Shown here piece after piece: positions 52,921-64,000 of a DNA stretch of 64,000 nucleotides. Made by a program: the position numbers and the translations under genes. Position 1 is the first letter of the stretch. Each line of letters opens with the position of its first letter. Origin of the DNA: Camelus dromedarius (taxonomy: Eukaryota). Where the stretch lies: contig NC_087437.1 of NCBI RefSeq assembly GCF_036321535.1, forward strand, positions 36,954,001 through 37,018,000, given 5' to 3'. Below the pieces are notes generated by a model. That model saw nothing but the letters and a program-made list of their open reading frames with translations, made no database searches and was not told where the DNA came from.

Positions 52921-53360
52921 CAACTGAAAGGAGACACATTGTTCAAAAATAGCCGAGCCTTGCTGCAGAACCCCTTCCTCTCTGCCCCTACTCCAAGCTA
53001 GCAGCCTTCTGTGTCATCTAATTTATGGGCCAGATTCGAGTGACCAGGCGTGAACGCGGTACCTCCGGAACAGACAGACAGGCCTCTCAACTATGTTGCT
53101 TCATATTTGGTGGTAGGTGTTTTAAGGTACAGAAATTTGTCTTTTATTTTAGAGGGAATATCCCCTGCCTCCAAAGGTTGGACCCTTAAACACTTCCCTG
53201 TTGTGAAATCTCCCTGAATCTTTGGAAGGTTTCTTCCATCTTCTGGAGCATGTGTGTCTTACAGTTTTTCTACAGGATGCCGTCTATTTCTGCAGGGGCC
53301 ATTCTAGTAAATTAAAGGCAGATGGGATAGGGGACACCACTTCTTTGTTCTTGGAGACTT

Positions 53361-53388
53361 TGTTGTTGTTGTTGTTGTTGTTGTTGTT
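53361..53388. repeat. (TGT)n trinucleotide microsatellite
   Basis: TGTTGTTGTTGTTGTTGTTGTTGTTGTT. Confidence 0.97.
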
Positions 53389-53759
53389 ATTTAAGCCTAA
53401 TCTCCTGTAGGAAATAATATTGTTTCTGGTTTACGTCTTGGTTGTGTATGTGTGGTATGTATTTGTGTGAAGGGGTGCTTTTTAGAGAATTCTGCTTGGT
53501 CTTTCCCACTATATCTCTCTTCCATAATAGATGAGGAGCTTAATGTGGGTATTACTCCAACTTTCATGTATATAAATACTAAATATACACCACAGGTTAG
53601 GGAAATGAGCACTGTGTGGAACCATGGCTTCAGTAAACCTACTGTGACTGAACTTTAGCCAAGACTCTGGCCGGTTCACAGTGGACTCGTTAGATCCAGG
53701 ACTCCAGTTGTCTGCTTCTGTGTCTGCATCTTTTGTGCTCCCTGGTCACACAGCATAGA

Positions 53760-54070
53760 TCCATGATTTTTTGGAGGACAGGATTTTTATTGCCCACCCT
53801 GGCTCGTGGGTACAAACAGTTCCAGGAACATATGCAAGGCTGTCTGCCAGGTATCTGGGTGTTGGGAGGTGGGTAACTGCTGTGGAGCTAAGGGCTGAAT
53901 TGACTGAAATTAACTACAAGTTACTGTCCAAGCTTTCGCCTGGAAGTCCAAGCCTTTGGTAAACTTCAGAGTTCCAAAATAGTTACATCAGACAGATTCT
54001 GCCAGTGCAATTGTTGTCTAGGCAGAGAGACAAATTCCTGCTGCTTCCTACTCCACCATCGTCACAGAAT
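53760..54070 (-). mobile_element. Old L1M 5'-end (5' UTR) fragment
   Basis: CAGAGTTCCAAAATAGTTACATCAGACAGATTCTGCCAGTGCAATTGTTGTCTAGG...GCTTCCTACTCCACCATC, antisense of an L1 GATGG.GGAGTAGGAAGC start. Confidence 0.8.
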
Positions 54071-54109
54071 CCTCTTGCCTGCTCCACTCTTTCGCCTCTC
54101 GGGCACCAT

Positions 54110-54360
54110 GTCCTATTAACCAGCTGCACAACTTAGTGTGGCTCAAGCCCTTCTGCCTGTCCATTTGGTTATGGTAATTATGATCTCCCAAATTCCGATG
54201 GTTAAGCATTGCCACTTGGCTCCTAGTAACATGGAGCACGTCCAACCTCATCGATATTTATGGCCTTACTTACCACGACCTGCAGAGAGAAACCACCAAT
54301 CTTCCCAGTAACGCTATTGCCCGTCTCACCAGCACGGTTCTGGGGCGTTGTGTGAATGGT
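54110..54360 (-). mobile_element. ERVL gag-like internal fragment
   Basis: Minus strand AGGAGCCAAGTGGCAATGCTTAACCATCGG...TAATTACCATAACCAAATGGACAGGCAG resembles ERVL internal sequence. Confidence 0.6.
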
Positions 54361-55933
54361 GTTTTCTCTTGACCTCCCCCAGCGACACATAAATTTGGGT
54401 ACACCACAGCTCACCACCAAGTCAGAGCAGCATTTATTGCTTCAGGAGAGAGCAGATACAGTCCAAAAGAAAGAAGTTAATTAAATATTGAGATTATTTC
54501 TTAAACTCATAATGGAGATTGTAGATTAAAATCAAAAATGCTTTTATTTTTAGAACACAACACCATGAGAGAGAAAAAGGGCTCTGGCAATCAAAAACTT
54601 GGCCTTGCATACCCAAATCAAAGCTTGAGGGCATTGCAGCACAAACCTTATATCATACAACACAGACTAAAAATACAGTGACAAAACATGACAGTTTTCC
54701 CACTAAACAGTGGAAGAGCTAAACCTATTCTGAGATTTAATATGAGTGGGAAAGGAAAACAGATATAGGTCCCTGCTGTCTGGCCTCTTTTTTAGAAAAC
54801 AAGCCAAAAAGAATTAACACAAACCTCTGGATAATTCTGAAATTGTGAAGGCAAAGAGATTGATTCCCATTATTTGAGTTTCTGGCGGGAGGCAGTTTCA
54901 GGTTACCCATTCCAAATGGGGTCATCACACTGTTACCATAGGTAGAGAGAGGAAATGATATAGTCACCCTCACCGCATGCCTTTAAATGTTTACTCAGCC
55001 CCTACAGGGTAGGGAGGAGACAGGGAATAGCATGACTACCTAAGCAGGGCGTAAAAGGCTGCCCAGAATTGAAAGCTGGATGCTTACCAGGGAGCTATAG
55101 AGGCAAAAGGCAAGGAAACCCTAGATCTGAGAATGTAAAGTAGGCGGGCAAGGTGGGAACTCATCGATAAGTTTGTGACTCAAAGATCAGCAGTGACAAC
55201 GTGAGTTGAACTGAAGGCTCAGGGGTGGAAGTCTCAGCACCCCAGATTTATCTGCATGTACTGCCTATGCTGAAAGATGAGACATGGTCGTCACCAGCAC
55301 ATCGTGTCCATGCAGTGGGTGCCCTGCTAGGTGTATCCTCAGGACACAAGAATGCTGACAGAGCACAAGGAGAATACTGAATGGGAGAAACCTGAATTTA
55401 ACTAAGCCTTCAGCCATTCCTAAATCCAAGCTCTATAGTTTGAAATAACTGATTGCCTTGAGTCAACAAAGTCAAATTTTTGTAATGATGAGAAGTGAGG
55501 CTGATAAGCTGAGTAGAATTTCATAAAATTTCATATTGTATAGTGCAATATGCATTATTACAGTCTATAAAATATCAAATCTGCTTCACATGTTTAATAA
55601 AGAAGTATTTATGTAGTGGAAATAATACGTTGATATTAAATTCTGCCTGTGCTACTGACATAGGAAATTAGCTCTTCAGAGGCACATTAACTAAAGTACC
55701 TCAAATGCTCATTTAATATGATCTTTTGATTAAAGTATCTGTAAGGTATATCAGTGTCATACAGCTGGTCACCTGCCGAAGTGCAGTAGCTTTTGGCAGA
55801 ACAACACTCATAGTGGTAAGTAGAAAAACAGTAAGGAAGAAAGAGTGAGGGAGGGACAGAAGGAGAGAAGGAGAGAGAAAAAAGAGAAGCGAAGACAAAA
55901 TAGAACAAAAGGAAAAGAAAAGAAGAAAAGGAA

Positions 55934-56030
55934 GGGGTGGGGAGTTTAGCTCTCTGGTTAGAGCTCATGCTTGGTGTGCAAGAGGTCCTGGGCTCAATCT
56001 CTATAGTGTCCCTGCTAAGGAAAGAAAAAA
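55934..56030 (+). mobile_element. tRNA-derived SINE within a purine-rich tract
   Basis: GGGGTGGGGAGTTTAGCTCTCTGGTTAGAGCTCATGCTTGGTGTGCAAGAGGTCCTGGGCTCAATCTC plus A-rich tail. Confidence 0.85.
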
Positions 56031-56049
56031 AGAAAAGAAGGAAAGGAAT

Positions 56050-57330
56050 GAACTTTACTTTGAAGGTACTTCATGGCTGCTAAAGCAACCAAGACTTAAA
56101 GATCCTAGAGCCTGGAGAGAAGGAAACACAGATAGATACATGAACCAACATGCAGTGAGTGATTTTTTCCTCAGGGATTGTGCTGAATTTGGAGTAAGGT
56201 ACCGGTCATACAACTTAGAAGATTACACTTTAAAGATAGAAAGGACAAAAGGACTTAAAGGAAGTTCACAGTGATAGAATTAAAAAAAAAAGATGGATTT
56301 TAGAGATTTTCAGGTAACAGGACATGAGGGGACAAGACCCAGAGAGAAGAGAGGAACCTTCCTCAGCAGGATTTTCCCTCAAGGTGTTAGCTAATTTCTT
56401 AAGATACTCAGGGTCAGAGGTTAAGAGGCTAAATGGAAAGTCAGTAAAAAGCAGAACAAAATTTTCTGCAGTCTCATGAAGCTAAGAAGATAAAAATTGG
56501 AGTTCAGCAAGAAGGATTCTACAAAATATGCCAAATTCTCACTTGAGACCAATGAAGACTTAATCTTAGGAATGTCAAGGGTCTGAAATCTTACTTCACA
56601 AGTGAGCCTGCTGCAGTTTCACAGATGCTGACAGAATGCATGGGACTCCTGGGTCAGGGGCAAAGAACTTCATTATTCACAGCATAGCAGGCAACACAAT
56701 GTGCACTGGTTCTCATTGCGCCTCAAGTCCCATAGGGGCAACGTAAAATTAGATCCGGGAGGATGCTGCACACATGGTGGGTTTGTGTCAGGAGGGACAA
56801 ACCTTGAGCTTAGAAGAACCCTGCCAGTTTCATAAGGGGCCTGTTAGCAAACCTGCCTAACTTTTGCTCTCGAGGGAAACATTATCAATAAGATTACAAA
56901 CAAACAAAACCCTCTGTTTTTTACCACTGAGAGAAATAGTATCTTTATCTTGCAAGGCTGTTTATTATACAAACATCCTTGAGAAGATAGTTTGTAACAA
57001 AGCTAATATAAGACAAGCAGAATCACCATGGAGTGAAACAAGCTAACTGAGCCTTACAAAACTGACAACCCAACCTCAAGCCAGGTTGTCCCTGATGGGA
57101 TTGTGGGAATATTCACCCACCTCCCCAGCCACTCCCTCTAGGCCACCTATCACAAAATAGGATTCTCTCTCTCTGAAGGCAATATCATCATCTGGCAACA
57201 TAAGTAATTTTTAATACAAAATATCTAGCAGTAAAAATTACCAGATATACAAAGAGAAGAGAAAAAACTGACCAACGGAAACAGACCTAAACATGACCTA
57301 GTTCTTGCATTTAAAGTAAATATTTGCACA
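56050..57330 (+). mobile_element. Old L1M 5' UTR/ORF1-start fragment, interrupted by MER89
   Basis: GATTCTCTCTCTCTGAAGGCAATATCATC...AAAATTACCAGATATACAAAGAG...GGAAACAGACCTAAACATGACC. Confidence 0.5.
56609..57040 (-). mobile_element. MER89-like ERV1 solo LTR
   Basis: TCTTTATCTTGCAAGGCTGTTTATTATACAAACATCCTTGAGAAGATAGT; TG...CA ends; 4-bp flanks AGCC/AGCT. Confidence 0.8.
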
Positions 57331-57379
57331 GTGCAAGCTTTTCACTTAATTTTCAGTGTTCTGGAGTAGTTTTCAATTT

Positions 57380-59820
57380 ATAGAATTCAAATAAAAAATC
57401 AGAGTAATTCATATGTGGCAATTTCTCTCTTTGGGATGTTTCAGTGTTCCTTTGAAGCATCCCAGAGTTAGCTGGGGGTCAAAAGAACTTAATTAGAATT
57501 TGATAATGAGGAAATTTGTCAAAAATACCAAAAAGTTTCAAAACATTTGGTCAAATAGGATCACAAGTCACTGTGAAACAATACTTCACTTAACCACAGT
57601 GAAAGATTTCAAAAACAAATACAGATCATTTAAAGGCAAAGAAACTCACATAGTCTGTTATCAAAAGTAGTATTCCAAGAAAACTTTCTTAGCAGAGAAA
57701 GGACCAAACTCCAGTCTTGAACTAGCTTAATTTTAATAGTAAAATTCAGTTACCTAATTTATTACATATATTACCATTTTAACCCTTAAAAACTTTAATC
57801 TTTAGCAAAAGCCAAGAAGCAAGTAATTGTGAACCATTTTGTCATACGAGCATTTCCTGACATGGAACTTAGGAACATTCTATAACTTCTAGAACCATTC
57901 ATCTTCTCACAGTATAATTTCTTTCTTCAATGTGGTACAAGATGTGTGTCTAATAATCTCTAAATAGCTTTAGTTTTCCTCTTGTAAGAATAAAAAATAG
58001 GTAATTTTAGACCTGATTTAGCAATTAATGTTCCAGTATTTTATCTTATTTGAAATGACCTGGATATTCAATGGATTCCTGTTGTTTAACTTAATTTAGC
58101 AAAACTCTAAGTTTTCAGTTACCAAAGATTTGGAGAAATTATTTTAGATAGATATACCCAAAACATAATTGATTCTTAAAGTGTTCACTTGAAAACTCTC
58201 ATCCATTTACCTTTAGTTTACAACTTAGGAAAATCATACCAAGTTAGTTTTTTATTTCTTGCTGACAAACTCTGCAACAGAAATAACATGAACTTATTGA
58301 TCTTTACTAACCTAGGTACAATAAAAGATGTCTATATTAATTAAACCAACAGACTTGAGCTATCTTTAATACCAGTTATCAATTTAATACTGATTATTTC
58401 CTATATCATGTGAACCTGAAATTCATTCTGGCCAGTGTCTTTTATATTTAGAATATTTAACTTGTAATTGCTTGCTTTTAAGTCAATTAAATAGAGCTCT
58501 TTCATAAATTTAATTTAGGTACTATTTTCTGGAGGTAGAGATATTGCGTATGTCTGATGTATACAAAAACATATAAACAGACAAAACTAGAGATCGCATA
58601 GCTTCATGTGAACACTTAAGCTATGAATCAATTATTACAATATATACTTACTATTTTATAAATAACAGTTGGAATAAGTTAAATTTGCTTGCTCAGATGA
58701 CTAAGGCTTTACAATTTGTGGAAAAGATTTTTAAGATTTGCGTTTGTCCTTGATAGACCCTTAAGGAAGCTGTGAATTAGACTTTGGGTGAGGGAGCCTT
58801 TCCAGTGGTTTGAGTTTTCAGCGGCCTTTTCCCCCTTGGTTTCGAGTTGTACCTGATTGAGCTAAGAAGGGTGCGTCTCAGGTCACTGTGGATTGCATAT
58901 ACATTTTTGAACTGTAGAGATTTGTAAGACACAGACAGTTGCTTTTAATTCTGCAAAGAACTGGTCTGACATCTAAATGATATTAAGATATTGATTTGCT
59001 CAGCTATATGCTTTTTTTTTTTTTTAATATCGGTGAGATTTCCAACTAAACAAATTCAAGAGTTCTGTGTTCTAGAACTTTAGGGTTTAATTTATCATGC
59101 CTACAAAAGCTTGCGTAAGTCTTTCAACAAAGACCCTATTTCTGAGTGCATAGGTTAGGCCCAGAGCAAAATCTCTATTATTATTTTTATTAGCCCCTGA
59201 ATATTTGCTTTCAGTTTTACTTTATATTGTACATGCTCAGGTAATCCTACTGGTTTCCTTTATTATGTTTAATTAATATTTCCTGAGGGACAGATTCACA
59301 TGTCTTATGATACCAAGCAGGGGAAGCATTCTCAGTAAAACATGTCTATCCCGTAATATAATTCAGCAGAGATGTACCTATCTTATACAAAATCCATTTA
59401 AATATGCCGATTTGTATAAACCTTCGTTTCAATTCTATCCACCTTTATCCTTTAACTTTAGTTTCCATTAGGATCCAATCAACAAGTCTTGTTCTTAAAA
59501 GGAGTCCTAGATGGTTTCCTTACTTTTTATCCCCTAACCATTTAATCTATTTTGTATAGAAGGCCCTGGGGTTCCCGTGAGGGTTGAACACAAGGGGTTT
59601 AGGCCCTTCTGTCAGTACTTCAACTTGATGAATTGGTCTGCCAACTACTGGTGAAGTATCTCAGTGAAATTTTCCTCCCAACCTTTGAAATACATATATA
59701 TTTTAAACTGGGGTAAAGAGAACAGATGTTTTGGGGGCCCCTTAATGTTGGGGACCAACAGTGGGTCACTTTGACTCATCCAACCTTAGGTAGTATTCTA
59801 CAAAAACGTGTTTTAATCCC
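57380..59820 (-). mobile_element. ERV1 (MER4/MER34-group) AT-rich internal sequence, part 1
   Basis: AATTAGAATTTGAT...GGAAATTTGTCAAAAATACCAAAAAGTTTCAAAACATTTGGTCAAATAGGATCACAAGTCACTGTGAAACAATA is typical antisense MER4-group internal text. Confidence 0.7.
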
Positions 59821-59849
59821 ATTAATGTCCTTTTTATTTATCCTTTTCT

Positions 59850-60322
59850 TCTAATTTTATTGAAACATAACTGACATACAGCACTATATAAGCTTAGGGT
59901 GTACAGCTTAATGATCTAACTTACACACATTACAACATGATTACCACAGTAAGTTTAGTGAACATCTGTTGTCTCATATAGATACAAAATAAAAAGGAAA
60001 AAAACGTTTTTCTCTTGATAAGAACTCTTAGGACTTACTCTAACATCTTTCATATGTAACATAGAGTAGTGTTAATTGTGTTAATCATGTTGTACATCAC
60101 ATCTCGATTTTTTATTTTATTATTTATCTTATAACTGGATGTTTGTACCTTTTGACCATCTTCATCCAGTTCCCCCTCCCCCCAATTCCTACCTCTGATA
60201 ATCACAACTCTGATCTCTTTTTCTAAGAGTTTGTTTTTGAAGTATAATTGACTTACAATTGTGTTCCTGGTGCACAACATAGTGATTCAATATTTCTATA
60301 CATTATACAGTGATCACCACTA
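59850..60322 (-). mobile_element. L1 3' UTR fragment
   Basis: TTTTATTGAAACATAACTGACATACAGCAC...GATAAGAACTCTTAGGACTTACTC...ATAACTGGATGTTTGTACCTTTTGACC. Confidence 0.85.
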
Positions 60323-60329
60323 CCCTGTC

Positions 60330-61250
60330 TTGGTTGGTTTAAATTTTTTCAGTAGTTGTAAGCAATTTGATTACGTTGTGCCTTGGTGAATTTTTCATTA
60401 TGTTTCCATTAGGGTTAATTTAGTTTCTTGGATCTTTAGATTTATATTTTTCATCAGATTTGAAATTTTTTTGACCACTTTTTCAAGATTTTTTTCTATC
60501 TTTCCTTCTTTCTCCTCCACTTTGGGGACTCCAATATCATGTATATTGGACTGCTTGAGGTTGTTTCACTGATGCTCTATTAATTTTTTATAATCTCTCC
60601 TGTCATTTTGGATAATTTTTATTGCTATGTCTTCAAGTTCACTAGTCGTCTTATGCATTGTTCAGTGTATTTTTTATTTTAGACCCTGCAGTTTTCATAT
60701 CTAGAAGTTTGATTTGGGTCTTTTTTGTAATTTCCATGTCTCTTAATATATACAAAGTTTCCTCTTTGGAATGCAATTATAACAACTACTTTAATGTCCT
60801 TATATACTAATTATGTCATCTGTGTCATTTTTGGGTCAGTGCAATTCATTTTTTCTCTTTGTATGGTTCATATTTTCCTACCTCTTTACATGGTTGATAA
60901 TTTTTCACAGAATGATAGAAACTGAGTTTTGGGTGTTGCATATTTTAAAATTCCTGTAAATATTTCTGAGATTTATTCTGGGATGCAGTTAAGTTACTTG
61001 GAAATGTTTTAATCTTTTGAAGACTAGCTTATAGGCTTTGGTAGGTAAAATCAGAACAGTGTTTAATCTAGAGCTAATTCTGCCCCATATATGAAACAAA
61101 ACCACTTTGAGTATTCCACAGTGCCCCATGGCTTGTGAGGCTTTCTGTTCTAGCTGTTGGGAATAGGAACTATTTCTGGTCCTGTGTGAGCTCTGATGAT
61201 TTACCCCTCTAATCATTTTGGGTGGTTCTTCCCCTGGCCTTGGGTAATAT
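60330..61250 (-). mobile_element. Old L1M ORF1/5' region
   Basis: AGCAATTTGATTACGTTGTGCCTTGGTG...TTGGGGACTCCAAT...TTGCTATGTCTTCAAGTTCACTA. Confidence 0.7.
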
Positions 61251-61257
61251 TTTAGGA

Positions 61258-61405
61258 TCTATTACTGTGTAACAAATTATCCCAGAACTTAGTGATTTGA
61301 ACAGTACTTATTATCGCTCAGTTTCTGTGGTCAGAAATTTGAGCCTGGCTTAGCCAGGTGCCTCTGGCTCAAGTTCTCTCATGAGTTTGCAGCTGTCTAC
61401 CAGGG
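61258..61405 (-). mobile_element. MLT1F-like LTR fragment
   Basis: TATTACTGTGTAACAAATTATCCCAGAACTTAGTG...TTTCTGTGGTCAGAAATTTGAGCCTGGCTTAGC. Confidence 0.8.
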
Positions 61406-61409
61406 TATC

Positions 61410-62074
61410 CCATTTTTTAATAACCAACTAGAGATTTCTTTATCCTTTCAGAACAAGTTCCTTTAAAATTTCTACATTATTGGGAAAAATTCTCTAGATT
61501 TTCCCTTCAGTTTTTTTTACTTTGCTGTTAATTAACCTAATTAACATGAATTATGCTAATGTTTTTATTAGCATCTAAAAGGCCCAATGAAGGGAAGCTG
61601 AGGCCACAAAGCTTCTTAAACAGTTTTTGTTTTAAACTAAAGGAGTTCTTAGGTTAACCATTATATCTCAACCTAATTTTTTTCCATAAGTACCAATAAA
61701 ACAGCTGTTTATAATGAGAGCTCTTTAAAATTTTATCAGTTTAGAAGTTTCTTCAGTTTAAAGGATCCATCATCTGGCCATTAACAAGATGTATCTTACT
61801 AGTGACTCAAACCAGTATGACACAAGAGGCATTCTCACAAGAGAGTGTGAAGGATGTAGCCTTCACAAGATCTAGAAAGTTTATTACCAAAAAAAAAGTC
61901 TAAAAAGTAAAGGCCCTTGTTGTACAGACTGATGCAAGGGAGGTTAAAATGACCAAAAATGCCCCTGATAGTTGGCACAGTCAGATGAAAGATTGCTCAG
62001 AATCTCAGTTTATTTAATTGGCTGCCAAATGTACACCATGTGTGTACTTCCAGATGGCAAGAGATCAAGTTTTC

Positions 62075-62155
<81 letters not shown>

Positions 62156-62750
62156 CCCGAAAGATCAAGTAGAATGTTTGTATCTCAAAGACAGGAAGAG
62201 AAATGCAGGTTCCTCTAGAAGGACTGACTTCTTTAAGGTCAGAATTCTGAAAAGCTGTTTTATCAAGCTGGCTTTTTCTGATTTTACCTCATCTGCAACA
62301 AAAGAGCCCTATATTGGTCATTTTAGGTTGAGATCTCCTTTAAGTAGGTACTTGCAAACAGAAGCTCCTTAGGAGCGTGCATCTGGCTGGGTGTTAGTCT
62401 GTTTTGGCTTTTTAACACCCCTTGTTTTTCTGTTTGAGAGACTCTATTTCCTATATTAAAGTTAAAATTGTCGGGGATAAAATTTACTGGTGAACTTGTG
62501 TGATGGGCTGGTGTGCTGCTTGTGAGCTTACCTGCCTAGGTCTTTACCCTAGAGTTATTTCAGCTCCTTTTCCACATCCCAGTTTCCCCCTCTGGTCGTA
62601 TAACCACTATGGCTGCTCAGATCATAAATGGCCATTTCTTATGCATGTCCTCCACAAAGTGTTTTCGTTACTTAAAATGAGGGGGTTTCCCTTTAGGGAC
62701 AGCTACAAGGTATGAGGACTTAACTCCACCACTCCTGCAAGAGCTCAATG
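61410..62750 (-). mobile_element. ERV1 internal sequence, part 2 (leader/gag-proximal)
   Basis: AAAGGATCCATCATCTGGCCATT...GACTCAAACCAGT...GGTCAGAATTCTGAAAAGCTG; same character as 57380-59820. Confidence 0.6.
62079..62153. repeat. (CA)n microsatellite, ~37 units
   Basis: Uninterrupted CA run. Confidence 0.99.
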
Positions 62751-62761
62751 CTCTCATGTAC

Positions 62762-63143
62762 TTTTTTGTATACAATTTTTAAAGGTTGCACTCTGTTTAG
62801 GTAATGCAAAATATTGACTGTATTCCTTGTGTTGTACAATACATCGTTGTAGCCTATCTTACACCTAATAACTTATACCTCCCACTCCCCCACCACTATA
62901 TTGCTCCCCACAATGGTAACCACTAGCTTTTTCTCTATACCTGTGAGTCTGCTGCTTTTTTGTTATATTCACCACTTTTTTGTATTTTTTAGGTTCCATA
63001 TATAAGTGGTATTATACAGTATGTCTTTCTCTGACTTATTTCACTTAACATAATGCCCTCTATGTTGCTGTAAAATGCAACATTTTGTTCTTTTTATGAC
63101 TGAGTAGTATTCCATTGCATGTGCATGTATGTGTGTATGTATA

Positions 63144-63220
<77 letters not shown>

Positions 63221-64000
63221 GCCATGTCTTCTTTATCCATTCATCTACTGATGAACACTTAGGTTTCTTCCATATCTTGGCAATTGTGAGTAATGCTGCC
63301 AGGAACATGAGGGTGCATGTATCTTTTCAAATTAGTGTTTTTCCCCCTGCCCAGATATATACACAGGAGTATAACTGTTAGGTCACATGGTAGTTCTATT
63401 TTTAGTTTTATGAGCAACTTCCATACTATTTTCCAGCAGTTTCATAAATTTATATTCCCAGCAGTGTACGAGGGTTCTGTTTCTCCACATCTTTTCCCAC
63501 ACTTGTTATTTGTGTTCTTTTTGATGACAGTTATTCTGACTGATGTGAGGTGATTATGTTTTTGATTTGCATTTCCCTGATGTTTAATGATATTGAGCAT
63601 CTTTTCATGGACCTTATGGCCATCTGTGTTTCCTCTTTATAAAGAGTCTACTCAGTTCTTCTGCCATTTTTAAAAATCAGGTTGTTTTTTGATGTTGAGT
63701 CATACAAGCTGTTTATATATGTTGGATGTTTATCCCTCATTGGTCATATAATTTGCAAATATTTTTTCCCATTCAATAGGCTGTCTTTTCATTTTGGCCA
63801 TGGTTTCTTTTGCTGTGCAAAAAGCTTTTAAGTTTAATTAGGTCATGTTTACTATTTTTGCTTTTATTTCCTTTGCTTTAGGAGATGGATCCAAAAAAAT
63901 ATTGCTACAATTTATGTCAAAAAGTGTTCTGTGTTTTACTTTATGAGTTTGAGGGTATCTGGTCTTACTTACATTTAGGGCTTTAATCCACTTTGAGTTT
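62762..64000 (-). mobile_element. L1 3' UTR/ORF2 end with internal (TG)n(TA)n, runs off window edge
   Basis: ORF2 peptide MFLAALLTIAKIWKKPKCSSVDEWIKKTWHIY; standard antisense L1 3' text. Confidence 0.95.

Noticed and set aside
55934..56010. tRNA gene (also 20027-20100)
   Set aside because: Degenerate cloverleaf with an A-rich tail, so a tRNA-derived SINE
61972..62372. His/Thr-repeat ORFs (also Val/Cys repeats at 33250 and 63115)
   Set aside because: Translations of CA/TG microsatellites

Overview
AT-rich mammalian non-coding DNA (intergenic or deep intronic), most likely a camelid (alpaca/camel lineage) judging from the young L1 3' ends and tRNA-derived SINEs. I find no credible protein-coding exon, RNA gene or CRISPR array; the longer ORFs in the track are L1 ORF2 remnants or chance/microsatellite frames. 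Roughly half of the window is interspersed repeats recognised by eye: young and old L1s (several with readable target-site duplications), L2, MIR, MaLR/ERVL/ERV1 LTRs and internal sequences, and hAT-type MERs. Subfamily names are from memory of consensus sequences and need RepeatMasker confirmation. The most unusual object is a 667-bp unassigned insertion (23581-24247) in an old L1, flanked by a perfect 10-bp direct repeat. It has an internal T24 tract, a hairpin and a stop-free minus-strand frame, making it a candidate retrocopy or non-retroviral endogenous viral element. Other notable structures are a twin-primed (5'-inverted) L1, an apparently L1-retroposed polyadenylated LTR R fragment, a MaLR provirus whose 3' LTR was largely lost at an L1 junction, and CpG-rich patches in old ERV sequence.
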